A DNA stretch of 63,882 nucleotides, filler included, from Octopus bimaculoides (GCF_001194135.2; 5 parts of 4 records of this genome joined end to end with filler, not necessarily neighbours in it), one strand, 5' to 3'. Shown: positions 50,122 to 62,989, numbered from the whole stretch's first letter. The notes: generated by a model not told the origin, from the sequence alone. Numbers and translations are program-made.

Positions 50122-50340
50122 CTTGACAACCGATGTTGCTGTGTTTATGCCCCCATAACTTAGCCGTTTGCCAAAACAGACCGATACAATAAGGACTAGG
50201 CTTACAAAGAATAAATCCGGGTCAATGTCTTCAATTAAAGGCAGTGCTCCAGCATGGCTGCAGTCACATGACCGAAAGAAGTAAGACAATAAAAATCTAT
50301 GCCATTTTAATCCTGAGCAATGCCGGGTGGCTCTGCTAGT
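50122..50340 (+). mobile_element. Composite of SINE family B tail and a Helitron-type 3' end (hairpin + CTAG)
   Basis: TCCTGAGCAATGCCGGGTGGCTCTGCTAG|T at 50311-50340, preceded by family B sequence. Confidence 0.55.
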
Positions 50341-51638
50341 GTATAGATATACTATTTTCTCCCACATCCTTCTCAAATTCCCTTTCTCTGCCTTTCAACA
50401 TTTTCTATCTGTCACTCTCTCTCTCTCACCCTCTTTCTCCTTTTTTCTCTCTCGTTGCTCAAAAGTGACCATTGGCCTTCATTCTTTTCCTCACGTGATC
50501 ATCTTTCTTCTCCGGTACAGACATTCTAAGGACTGCACGTCTCATATCTCTCTCTTCTATCTTTTCTCTTTTCAAATAAAATATTTCACTCAGCCTTCAC
50601 TATTTTCCCATCATTCTACTCTAACAACCCTCCATATCTGCATTCATTCAGTTTCCTTGAATGTCTCCACTGTGACCCTCCATAAATCCAAAATTTTGGT
50701 ATTTATAAGAGCAACTGTTTTTGAAGACTCATATTGTCATTGATTGCTCGAAATACGAAGTAGATAGACAGCTGACAAATAATAAAGGGTTGTTCTTTGT
50801 ATTACTTGTCCAGTTTTCTATTTTCTCTCTCATCTTTAGTTTTAAAACAATCATAGTTTAAGTATTTATTCTCGTAGCAAGATATATCCCAAACATTTAA
50901 ATATCTCATTATATGACGCATAATTTACTGATCAACATAATATAATTTTATTTTCAAATCTCGATAAAACATTTACACTAATAGATATGTTACGGAATTA
51001 CTGTAGTAAACCTTATTTATAAAATTAACTTTGTCTTCTTAAGCAATATTTACTCTTTTAACCCCTATTTCAGCCCAACTTTTCTTACATTTATTAATAA
51101 AATAATAAATTCATGTAAATTAATAGACCACCCATTAACTTTATTATTTATTTATTTATTAATTAATTTTCAATCATTTAATATCTCATTCACTAATATA
51201 TGAATTACCTTCCGATAAATATCCCTCCACTTTATTACTAATTACCACTCATCGACAGTATTTATATACGTACTAAGCAGTGTATAATATTGCGTATGAG
51301 TCTCTATGTAAATACGTGTAACAACACATACATAAAAAAATATATATATCTGTGTGCGAATGTATGTGTATGAGTGTTCATATATATACACGTGTATCTG
51401 TGTGTGTGTGTGTGTATACACTCATATTTTTGTAGGAAACTATATGTGTTTGTACAGATTTTTGAATATATATATATATATTTTTGTTGTTATTATTTAT
51501 TAAAAATATATATATAAATATGTATGTATATATGCTTGGTTGGATGCATGTATGTTTATGTGCACAGATATGTTTATGTATTTTTATATATATACATATA
51601 TGTATGTATATGTGGATATGTATGTGTGTATATATATG

Positions 51639-51681
<43 letters not shown>

Positions 51682-51857
51682 TTGCACGTTTATGTATGCA
51701 TGTATGTATATGTATGTGCTTATGTATGTATGTGTATGTATATATATGTATGTATATGTGTATATATATATATTTATATATGTATATGTATATGTGTGTG
51801 TATATGTATATATGGGTATGGATGTGAATATATATGTATATATGTGTGTATATATTT

Positions 51858-51890
<33 letters not shown>

Positions 51891-52310
51891 ATGTATGTAT
51901 ATGTGTGTGTTTGTGTGGGTTTGTACGTAGGTGTGTATATAGATGTATATATTCGAGTATATGTGTGTTTGTTTGTGTATATATGCGCATACACAAAAGT
52001 ATAAATGATTATATACGTTCATCTCAATATTTTTGTAGAAACACAAGATTAACCCCATTTATAATACCTTTTTATTACATAACATTCCTCTCCAATTTTT
52101 ATCATCCTATCGTCTCCTAATTCTACACTCTGAATTTTCTTTCCCTTTTTTTTCTCTTTTCTTTTCTTTTCTTCCCTTCTTGTCCAACGCACTATCTGGT
52201 AGCGTCCTAATCTCCAACGGTTTTTTCAAATGAATTACGTTATAACCTTCTCCAACTATAGTTCTCATATTCGATTATAATGTCTTACGTTTAAGCTGGT
52301 TCCCATACAT

Positions 52311-52394
52311 TTCCCTGAGGAGAAGTTTACATTTTTAACATCGCCGAATCCTATGGATCGCATAAATTGTAATTCTTCAAAACATATGTCGGAA
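52311..52394 (+). ncRNA. Type-I hammerhead motif with G12A substitution
   Basis: TTCC-CTGAGGA-GAAG.TTACA...TGTAA..CTTC-AAA-ACATATGT-C-GGAA: palindromic helix III and a GUC site after 52390. Confidence 0.65.
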
Positions 52395-52540
52395 TAAAAG
52401 TATATAGTTATAATATGCGTTTACTCCATTCTTTANNNNNNNNNNNNNNNNNNNNNNNNNNNNNNNNNNNNNNNNNNNNTTAATTAATTAANNNNNNNNN
52501 NNNNNNNNNNNNNNNNNNNNNNNNNNNNNNNNNNNATATA

Positions 52541-52573
<33 letters not shown>

Positions 52574-52939
52574 TCGTATATATGTTAAGTGGTACTTTTT
52601 GTAAATTAAGGCTTGCTGGCTTAATTGATTTCTTGATTTTTACAAAGTACTTTTGTATTTAACGGCAACATCGGAACAACGAAAAGTAACATAAGCAAAA
52701 GCATCGGTGACGATAACAGCAACAACAACAACAACAACAATTACGCAAAAGAGAAAGAAATTGAATGAAAAAAATAAAAAGCACATGAATAAATGGATAG
52801 AAGAGGAAGAAAAGAAGGAAAGTGTTTCGGTACTAAATGCAGTTTGATATCAATAAGCAATTATAGATTGGGTGGTCGATTGGTATTCTCTATATTGGTT
52901 TGTCGTTAGGCTTTTACATAATGGCGGAATTCGTTGACT

Positions 52940-53570
52940 TTGGAGAGAGGGAGGGGAAGGGAGAGAGATGTAGGTTGAGGGGAGAGGAGGAAAGAAGGAG
53001 TGAGAAAGAAGAAGAGGGAAGGGGGAGGGAGGGAGGGAGGGAGAGAGACAGTCAGATAAATGGGGAGAGAGAAAGAGAGGAAGAGGGAAAGGGAGAGGGG
53101 GAGAGAAGCGAGAAAGAAAATGTGAGAATGAAAGACAAAGAGAAAGGGAGACAGGTTGAGGGGAGAGGAGGAGAGAGTGGGGTGAGAGAGAAGAAGAAGG
53201 AGAGGGAGAGAGAGAAACAGAGACAGATAAAGAGAGGAAGAGAGAAAGGGAGAGGAGAGAAGCGAGAAAGAAAATGAGAGAATGAAAGACAAAGAGGGAG
53301 AGAGAGAGAGGGGGAGAGAAAGAGAGAGAGAAAGAGAGAGAGAAAGAAAGAGAGAGAAAGAGAGAGAGAGAAAGAGAGAGAGAGAAAGAGAGAGAGAGAC
53401 AGATTGAGAGGCGAGGAGTGAGGGAGAAAAAGGGGAGAGAGAGAGAAACAGAGATAGACAAAGGAGAGAGAGAAACAGAAAGTGAGAAGCGAGAAAGAAA
53501 ATGAGGGAATGAAAGGCAGAGAGGGAGAAGGAGAGGGAGAGAGAGAGGGAGAGAGAGAGAGAAAGCCACA
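52940..53570. repeat. Long polypurine (GA-rich) tract with three related subunits
   Basis: GAGAAGCGAGAAAGAAAATG(T)GAG..ATGAAAG.CA recurs at ~53101, ~53256 and ~53484. Confidence 0.85.
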
Positions 53571-53719
53571 GAGACTTGTTACATGTAGTTGAGTAAATTG
53601 TTTGTAGCTCATCTGCGGCTGACGAAGTGAATAACAGCCGAAAGAGTTAGACATACCGTGTAGTTTAATGTTCTTAGATATAAAATCATATAACATCGTA
53701 TAAAACATATATCTCGGCG

Positions 53720-53867
53720 CGGCTGTGTTTTAAGAAGTTTATTTCCCAACCATGTGCTTCCGGGTTCTGTCCCACTGCAAGTCATCTTGGGCGAGTGTCT
53801 TCTATACTCTCGGGCGACCAAAGCTTAGTGAATGGATTTGGTCACCGGAGACTGAGAGAAGCCAGTC

Positions 53868-53870
<3 letters not shown>
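53720..53870 (+). mobile_element. SINE family B head
   Basis: GGCGCGGCTGTGTTTTAAGAAG...CCGGGTTCTGTCCCACTGC...GGCGACCAAAGC. Confidence 0.7.
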
Positions 53871-53904
<34 letters not shown>

Positions 53905-53959
53905 NNNNNNNNNNTATATATATATATATATATATATATGATGATGATGATGATGATGA

Positions 53960-54105
53960 TGATAATGGTTTCAAATGTTGCCACAAGGGCAGCCATTTTG
54001 GGGGAGGGGAAAAGTCGCTTACATCGACTCCAGTGTCGCACTGGTACTTAATTTATCGACCCCCGAGAGGATGAAAGGCAAAGTCGACCTCGGCGGAATT
54101 TGACC
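53960..54105 (-). mobile_element. SINE family A 3' part
   Basis: GGTACTTAATTTATCGACCCCCGAGAGGATGAAAGGCAAAGTCGACCTCGGCGGAATTTG. Confidence 0.8.
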
Positions 54106-54603
54106 AACAACAACACAAAGGTAACAACAACAACAACAACAACAATAATAATAATAATAATAATAATATATCTGTGTAAATGTCTGCATATATAGATGGA
54201 TGGATGGATGTGTATTCAATCATGCATGTGTGCATATACCTGCTTTTTGAGCAAAAATCACAACGCAGCGAAAAAGAAAAAAAACAAATTGACATACATT
54301 TCGCTGAATATCTAGTAACCCGGTTGGCAGAAACACGAATTAGGTGAAGCTTCTGTGTTTCTTTTTTTTTTGGGGGGGGTTAACTATAGTTATCTTTACA
54401 CACTCCCTCGCGCACACGCACACACACACATATATATTGCTATTGCATTAATAGTCTTCCGAACATTTTCTTTAATGCTGTCTCTTATGGTACATCTTAG
54501 GATAAAATGCTTTAAAACTGTTTATGAGATTTTGTCGCTGTTTTCTGCGATCAATACCGAATCTTCTTCCCTTATTTATTGCTTCTATCAATACTATTTA
54601 TTT

Positions 54604-54661
<58 letters not shown>

Positions 54662-55626
54662 TATAGTTCGCTTCGTTGCTTGTTGTTCTTATTATTACTA
54701 TTATTATTATTACTATTATTATTATTGTTATCATTATTATTGCTATTATTGCTTTTTGTTGTTGTTGTTATTATTGTTGTTGTTGTTGCTGTGTTTTTTT
54801 GTTTTTTTTTTATATATGAGCATCAATGTTAAAGCAACTCCGTTCACGAGATATCAATATTTTAAGTTTGATGGATGTGCGAGAAAGCTGTTGTTGAATA
54901 TTTTTCAAAGATCTTCAATGACAATGTCAGTCTAGCTATGTTTGTTATTTATCATCATCCTCAATATTATTATCATTATTATCATTATTATTATTATCAT
55001 CATCATCATTTTTATTATTATTATTATTATTATTGCAGCCTGGCTAATAAGATTTTTGCGATTGTTAAATAGTCTTTCATGTATCCCTCCACTGCACTAT
55101 TTCGTATAACTTTCTGCTTTGATACTTTCTATTTACATTTTCTAACCTTTCGGATTTTACGCATGGACTACTTTTTTTTTTTTTTTTAGTGTCGGTGAGT
55201 ATGTCAGCCGCCATATTGTATTATTTTATGTGGATATTTATTGCGCCATATTTTTTCTCTTTATGCCCTCGTGTCTATCGGGTGTAATTTTGTGTAATAT
55301 AGACGTGTTCTTTCTAAACGGTACTATTTGGTTGTATATTCCTTACCCGAAAGAAATTCTTTCTGTTTCTTCATTTCGTTTTGTTTTGTTTTTTTGTTTT
55401 GTCGTTTTTTTTTTATGCTGCAAGCAAAAAGCTACAGACGATATACCCGTTTATTAGATTACACAGACACAAAAAAGACGTATATTTTATATGTACGAAT
55501 GTTTATGCGTATATATGCTGATATACATATATATATGGGAGAATATACAAATAATAACAACAGACGAGGACAGGTGGTGTAAATAACAAAAGTATATATT
55601 AGTATGACGCTCGGGAATACGGAAAG

Positions 55627-55663
55627 TCTTTGACGTTTCGAGCTACGCTCTTCAACAGAAAGA
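55627..55663 (-). ncRNA. Minimal type-I hammerhead-like motif (A6U variant)
   Basis: Minus strand reads TCTTT-CTGTTGA-A-GAGC(GTA)GCTC-GAA-ACGT-C-AAAGA: 5-bp helix I, palindromic ACGT helix III and a GUC site. Confidence 0.6.
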
Positions 55664-57475
55664 ATACGGAGACAAGGAGAAAAACACGGAGAAAAAAAAT
55701 TGAATAGTGTTCAGTCAACGGTCAAATAAATACACACACACATATATGCATATACACATATATATTTACATATATATATGCATATGCCTATATTTATACA
55801 TGCATGCATATATACATATATACATATATATACATATATATATGTATAGTATCGACCACACATTCTCAATTTACGTGCCTCACTTGTTCGCCGGCAGGAT
55901 TCATTGTAGCACCTGAGAGTCATAGATAGGGGAAACCACTCGCCCTAAATCCCATCCAGGAGCGATGGGCATCGATGTTTCGCCATTTTTATGGCTTATC
56001 AGTATCATATGCCTGAACCGATTCGGAGGCAAACTGAATCGTCAGTCTATGACTATATTTCTTGGTATGCCCTTAAACTCTATGCCCTTAAACACTTCCT
56101 AGGTCGTACGCTTTAAATAATATACGCCGCACTAAACACTACATAATCTAAACGTTATATATACTATTCTATATATATATGCATTAAAGCTATACATACA
56201 AAACATTATATACACTATATACAGAAAATACTATTCACTATACACACAGACCGTCCAATATACCCGACAAATATTATATACATCGTCCAATATACGTAAT
56301 TCTTTTATACACAACGTGCAATGCACACAACTAATATATATATATACAACTTCTATATACATAGAGTCCAATATACGCAGCTACTATATAAACTCAATCT
56401 AATATACACCATACCTTAAAATGCGAAATTCGTTAACAAGTTCCATATTGAATCTGCTAAATTCTTTGAAGAGGAATTTTTCACGTAACACTTAGGTCAG
56501 TCACCTGTGTGTTTGCGCATAAATATATATATATATATATATATANNNNNNNNNNNNNNNNNNNNNNNNNNNNNNNNNNNNNNNNNNNNNNNNNNNNNNN
56601 NNNNNNNNNNNNNNNNNNNNNNNNNNNNNNNNNNNNNNNNNNNNNNNNNNNNNNNNNNNNNNNNNNNNNNNNNNNNNNNNNNNNNNNNNNNNNNNNNNNN
56701 NNNNNNNNNNNNNNNNNNNNNNNNNNNNNNNNNNNNNNNNNNNNNNNNNNNNNNNNNNNNNNNNNNNNNNNNNNNNNNNNNNNNNNNNNNNNNNNNNNNN
56801 NNNNNNNNNNNNNNNNNNNNNNNNNNNNNNNNNNNNNNNNNNNNNNNNNNNNNNNNNNNNNNNNNNNNNNNNNNNNNNNNNNNNNNNNNNNNNNNNNNNN
56901 NNNNNATGCATATATAACTGTGCATATACACATTTATATTTAATGGAATAAATGCAGGAATAATGACAAAGTAACTGTAAGGCTTCCAACAGCGTCTCAA
57001 AGATGGTTTTTCCATATTGCTGAATGTCAAAAATAATTCTCTACATTGAAATAGCGATAATAGGCGTTAGTGAAAGTGAGAGAAATGGAAAGAGGGTGAT
57101 AGAGTGAGGGAGAGTGATGTAGAAAGGGAAAGTGAATGTGATAAAGGGGAGATAGAGAGAAAGAGGAATATACAATTAAGGGGAGAGTAAAAATAAGGGA
57201 ACCGCGAAGTTGTGGATATGTGGTTAAGAAGCTTAATTTCCAAACATGTGGATCTGGGTTCAGTAGCACAGAGCGGAACTTTAAGCGTCTTCTAGTAACA
57301 GGGATAGAGAGACAGAGACACAGATGAGAAAGAGAGACAGAGACAGGGGTAGAGAGAAGTATAGAGCGAGAGATAGACAGAGAAAGAGAGAAAGTGAAAG
57401 AGGGTCACACAGAGACAGACACATGGGGAGGAAGAGAAGTAGAGAGAGAGAGGGGCAGAAATAGAGATATTCAGT

Positions 57476-57531
<56 letters not shown>

Positions 57532-57996
57532 GACGAAGAGGGGAGTGGTAGATATTTTTAATCAAAGGTGTTTATACTTGCTTAAGAATATGTTGGTGGG
57601 AAACAAAGGCAAAGGTCGAGAAAATTGAAAAAAGAAATGGTGGGAATAAGGAAAACTAACTCGTACTTGATTGGGCCTTTTTTTATAGAGCTACCCCAGG
57701 CAAGATTTGAACTCATAACACAAAGAGCCGAAGAGAAGATCTTATTCGTATTGACGTAATTCTCTCTCTTTCTCCCTCTCACTTTCTCTCTCTCTCTACC
57801 GCTTTCTCTTTCTTTCACTCGTCCTTTCCATGCAAACATAAAAGCGCATACATTTACACACTCGAACCCCTACATTTACACATCACTTCATTACTTCCGC
57901 CTTTAGTACGAAGGGCTTCCGGTTGCCTATCTTACCGTCAAACGATTATGTGTCTGCCTCCAGTTCAACAAAATAAAAGTAAATAAAATTGTATGT

Positions 57997-58034
<38 letters not shown>

Positions 58035-58226
58035 AGACGGACAAAAATGGCGTCGGGGTCCCAGCGTGAGAAAGTGGATAGATTTTTGAGGAGAAAAAGA
58101 TAGAGATGAGGGGAAGAGAAGGGTGGGAACAAAAAAGACAGTGGGGGTGGAGGGAATAGGATAATTTCCTGCTTCCCTAGGAAAGTCATCCCCACATAAT
58201 AAACTCTGAGGGAGTCAATGGGATCA

Positions 58227-58330
58227 TACGTGTGTGTGTATGTATACGTGTGTGTGTATGTATACGTGTGTGTGTATGTATACGTGTGTGTGTATGTATA
58301 CGTGTGTGTGTATGTATACGTGTGTGTGTG
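58227..58330. repeat. 18-bp minisatellite (TACGTGTGTGTGTATGTA) x ~5
   Basis: Direct reading. Confidence 0.9.
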
Positions 58331-58432
58331 TGTTTATGTATGTTTATGCGTATCTAGGTATATATGTAAGTTTATGTATGCATACTTATGTATGTATGCA
58401 TGTATACATGTATGTGCATCTGTATACATGTG

Positions 58433-58960
58433 TACGAGGAACATTGCAGAAGTTCTGAGACTTTTTCAGACTTTTCCACAGAAGTACAAGACTCTAATAT
58501 CCTTCGAAGTACTATTCTCTAACTTCAATGCACTCATACACTCCACCCGCTTCGTCAAGGCCGGCATCGGAGTCCTCCAAAGTCAAGGCCTCCTGGACCT
58601 TTGTCACAGCTTCCTTCATTTCCTCCAATCAAAAGTCACAGGAAGCGAGGTCTCGATTGTAAGGAGTGAGACGGTGGGGTTGATGCCAATCTCTGTCGGA
58701 GTTTTTGAATACCAAAATGGAATTATGCAATGACACATTTTCCTGGTGCAGAGTCTCTGGCCGCCTTTTGCAACGAAATCCTTTCTTGAACTCCCTCAAA
58801 ATCTCCACAAGGTACTCTTTGTTGTATTTCAGGTCAGAGGGAAACCAGTCTGTATCATGAAAAGCGGGGGATCATCATGAGCTTCCCAGTGGACATGCTT
58901 TGTGTGGCCTCATGTATCAACGGAAAACAAATGCTCGGCTCATCAAAGTTAATCCATAAG
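58433..58960 (-). mobile_element. Mariner (Tc1/mariner) transposon 3' remnant
   Basis: Minus-strand KEYLVEILREFKK, LHQENVSLHNSILV, PYNRDLASCDF (cf. PYSPDLAPCDF) and EEMKEAVTKV...YFEG; TA plus TIR-like CGAGGAACATTGCAGAAGTTCTGAG at 58433. Confidence 0.8.
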
Positions 58961-59421
58961 TAGTCGGGGACATTTTCTAATATATACACAGTGAAGCTTT
59001 ACTATAGCGTCGTAAATTTATCGACTCCTATTTCCAGTAAACATTGGTGCCTGTTGTACCACTACTTTCTCTCTCTATATATATATACAATAACACAAAA
59101 TTTACCAAGGACAAATGTAATGTTTCTCTCCGAGCGTTGATTTCTTCAGGTTGTGATATGTTAATGTCGGTCTGTATCTCTAAATATAGATATTCGTTTC
59201 AGTTAGTTTGTTTATTCTGAACAATAGTTAAATCGTGATAATAATAGTTTAAGTGTTTTCTGAATATTTAAATAACAATACCACAGTCACACATAATTTC
59301 CTTGTTTCTTTCTTTCTTTTGTTATTTTTCTTTTTTTTATTTTCAAATATATTCAAATGAATTATGTATCAAGCGGAATTTTCAATGAAACTGGCGAGTG
59401 GCTGGTTCGGTTCAACTTGTT

Positions 59422-59455
<34 letters not shown>

Positions 59456-59499
59456 TATGACGTCATTAGCTATAGTGTTAGTGTTATTAATTATGGAAG

Positions 59500-61440
59500 G
59501 CAGAGCGCGAGCTTGCAGAATCGTTGGCGCATCTGAAAAATGTTTTAACTACGTTTCTTGCGACTCTTTACATATTTGAATTCGAATTCCACCGAGGTCG
59601 ACTTTGCCTTTCACTCGCTTCAGGTTCGACAAAGACCAGAACCAGCTGATCACTGGGGTCGATGTAATCGAATAAGCCCTCTTCTTCTGAAATTTCTGGC
59701 CTTGTGCTAACATTAAAATGTTAGAAACGGTTTTTTCACGAGGGCAGCGAACTGTCAGGATCGTCGCTGCACGGGTAATGCAATGCAATATGCTTAACAG
59801 CATCATTTCCGGTTCTGTAGGCACTAGTTTCAAATTCCGCTAAGGTTGACTTTGTGTCTCATCCTTTAGGGGTCGATGGTGGCGAGCTGGCAGAAACGTT
59901 AGCACGCGGGACGAAATGCTTAGCGGTATTTCGTCCGGGTGAACGTTCTGAGTTCAAATTCCGCCGAGGTCGACATGGGGTCGATTAAATAAGTACCAGT
60001 TACGCACAGGGGTCGATATAATCGACTTAATCTGTTTATCTGTCCTTGTTTGTCCCCTCTATGGGCAATAAAGAAATAAGAAACGTTACCGCGCAGGGCG
60101 AAATGCTTAGCGGTATTTCGTCCGGGTGAACGTTCTGAATTCAAATTCCGCCGAGGTCGACTTTGCCTTTCATTCTTTCGGGGTCGATAAATTAAGTATG
60201 TATTTCACCTGGGGTTCTAACTTTCTTATTTATTTACTGCCCGCAAGGGGCTACATACAGAGGGGACAAACAAGGACAGACAAACGGATTAAGTCGATTA
60301 TATCGACCTCAGTGCGTAACTGGTACTTAATTTATCAACCCCGAAAGGATGAAATGCAAAGTGGACCTCGACGGAATTTGAACTGAGAACGTAAAGGCCG
60401 ACGAAATGCCGCTAAGAATTTCGCCCGCTTGCTGCCGTTCTTAATAACAATAATAATGGCTTCAAATTATGGCACAAGGCCAGCAATATCGGGGGAGGTT
60501 TGAAGTCGATTACACAGGACCCCGAACGGATGAGAAGCAAAGTTGTCCTCTGCAGAACTCAGAATATGAAGACGGACGAAATGGCGCTAAGCATTTTATC
60601 CGGCGTGTTAACGATTCTGACAGCTCACCACCTTAACAACAATAATAATACTTCGCTAATTTTTGGCAGAGAATCAATAATAATAAAGATATTAATAAAT
60701 ATAAATATTTATGTAGCAACTCCATTTATCCGGTAGTGCTTGGCTGTGACCAATCGACAAGACCACATCACAGACATGCGCAAAAGGTATTTTGTAGATA
60801 AGACAAAACAGGAAAGCAAATGATAAAAATCAATACCAGTATGTTTAGATAATGATAAAGAAAGAAGATTATTCTACCAGGGACACACAGACAGACTATT
60901 AAATATTTAACGTTCAATGAATTATATTGAGAGTACAAAGAGTGGCAAATTGTCCAAATGGTAAGAGCGTCGATTAGATTGCTGCGTGGTATTTGAAACG
61001 TTTCTTTAGTCTCTGATTTCAAATCTCTCCTGTGTCAAATTCGTTTCTCATCTCCTTAGGGCCGTTGCGATTTTTCTCTTCCTATCTCTTCTTTTTTTTT
61101 TCAAAGTAATTGAATTTGGTGGATGGGGGTATCAGTAGGAATATTGATCGGGATATTTCGTACTGTTTGTTCCGGCTCTTAGCGGTCTGTGTGGCTAACG
61201 TTTCTTATTTCTTTATTGCCCACAAGGGGTAAAAACATAGAGGGGGAAAACAAGGACAGACAAACGGATTAAGTCGATTACATCGACCCCAGTGCGTAAG
61301 TGGTACTTAATTTATCGACCCTGAAAAGATAAAAAGCAAAGTCGACCTCGGCGGAATTTGAACTCAGAACATAAAGACAGACGAAATGCCGCTAAGCATT
61401 TCGCCCGGCGTGCTAACGTTTCTGCCAGCTCGCGGCCTTA
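59500..61440. mobile_element. Cluster of at least six SINE family A copies in both orientations
   Basis: Plus copies at ~59500-59720 and 59878-60210 (dimer); minus copies at ~60225-60430, 60440-60640 and 61195-61440. Confidence 0.85.
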
Positions 61441-62269
61441 ACAAGGAAAAAAAAAATGTCTGAAAATGACACGAGAGGCTGCTTTGTTATCAGACATGTG
61501 CTAAACCAGTCCTGACCTGGGGCTAAACACCAAAAACGATAACAATGACGACAAGGAGAACAAAAAACAATGACGACCTATTCTAACTTCAATATCATAT
61601 TCGTGTTCGTTCTAGCGAAACAATTCCGAACACAATTCTGTTGTACGAACTACGTGGAATACTTCTTACAACAGTAATGGATGTTTGAGGGATTAAAATA
61701 TCATATTGAAACGGGACAATGTGGTTTTGAAGAATCTTTCAATAGGACAACTGGTCGGGTTTTTGGGTTGCTTTTGCATATTTCTTCATTCGTTTATTTA
61801 TGTATTTATTTATGTACTCATCTGTTATTTTAGTTTAGTTTTTGTTATTTCTTCTTCGTTAATATCCTGCCAATGTCCGCCTTAAGATGTAATAAAGCAA
61901 GAAAGTTGCGAATCAGCGAGTGTGTGTAGTTATATACGTATATGTATATGAATGTGTGTGTGTGTATATGTGTGTGTTTTTGTGTGTTTGTGTGTATGTG
62001 CGTAATACATACCTGTGTGTGTATATATATGCATGTATGTGTGTTTGTAGTATACATGTGTATATGTGTGTGTGTATATGAATATATATATACATATACA
62101 CATATATACGTATATAATAATATATATGTATACTTACTCGCATATATATACATATATATGTACGCATGTATGTATACACGTACACACACAGTTATATACA
62201 TTATATGTACACATAAGTATATTCGAATATATATAAGTGCATACATATACATATATATTTATATGTATG

Positions 62270-62308
<39 letters not shown>

Positions 62309-62462
62309 ATGTATATATATGTATGTATACTTATACATGTATATATTATATATATATATATANNNNNNNNNNNNNNNNNNNNNNNNNNNNNNNNNNNNNN
62401 NNNNNNTTAATTAATTAANNNNNNNNNNNNNNNNNNNNNNNNNNNNNNNNNNNNNNNNNNNN

Positions 62463-62721
62463 GTTTCATTTTTAAAGTGAAAGTATTTGACATGAGTGTT
62501 TTTGTTTCACTTTTGACACGTAATACTTAAATAGTGGAAGAGATATTATGTTGCCGTGTGCTCGAACTCTGCAAGAAGTTAAACATTTTTTTTGACTAAA
62601 ACACAACTGGAACCCTAAGTAAGGCATGTGTAAAATTTGAATGAAATTGGTTGCGTAGTTCTCGAGTTTTAGGGATTCACACAGACAGACAGACACACAT
62701 TCTCATTTTTATATATATAGA
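62463..62721 (-). mobile_element. Non-autonomous Helitron 5' terminus
   Basis: Minus strand A|TCTATATATATAAAAATGAGAATGTGTGTCTGTCTGTCTGTGTG... is a 5'-TC start followed by a (CTGT)n block typical of Helitron-derived elements; it runs into an N gap. Confidence 0.6.
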
Positions 62722-62989
62722 TTGCTTTCATTTTTTTTTTTTTTTTTAGGGTAAGAATGTCCTTATACATACACACGTTTATACTAAGGTTTAAGATGGA
62801 AGAGGAAGGATAGAACCTGACACTGAGAGGCAGTTACTTCTTTTTGCGGGTTGGTCAGGATCATACTTAGCTCCTACTCCTGCATCTAGCTCACATATGG
62901 CTCCACAGATGCTGTAGTGTACATCAGTGCCTACAAGCTGGTTCTTAGTTTTAAGTGGTTAGTTAAACTATGTGGAAGAGCAATCAAGC

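Noticed and set aside
50715-50771. TTGAAGA...GAAA with a CTGTTT/AGACAG helix; similar remnants at ~28728-28765 and ~59115-59155
   Set aside because: The stem II base or cleavage triplet is broken; too degenerate to call.
53625-53680. CTGACGA...GAAA with a possible CGG/CCG helix I
   Set aside because: Stem II and helix III do not pair properly.
5405-62418. Long ORF-track entries rich in X, YI, CV, HT, LS or poly-I/Y/N/M
   Set aside because: They are translations of N gaps and (TA)n, (CA)n, (GA)n, (TAT)n and tetranucleotide microsatellites, not genes.
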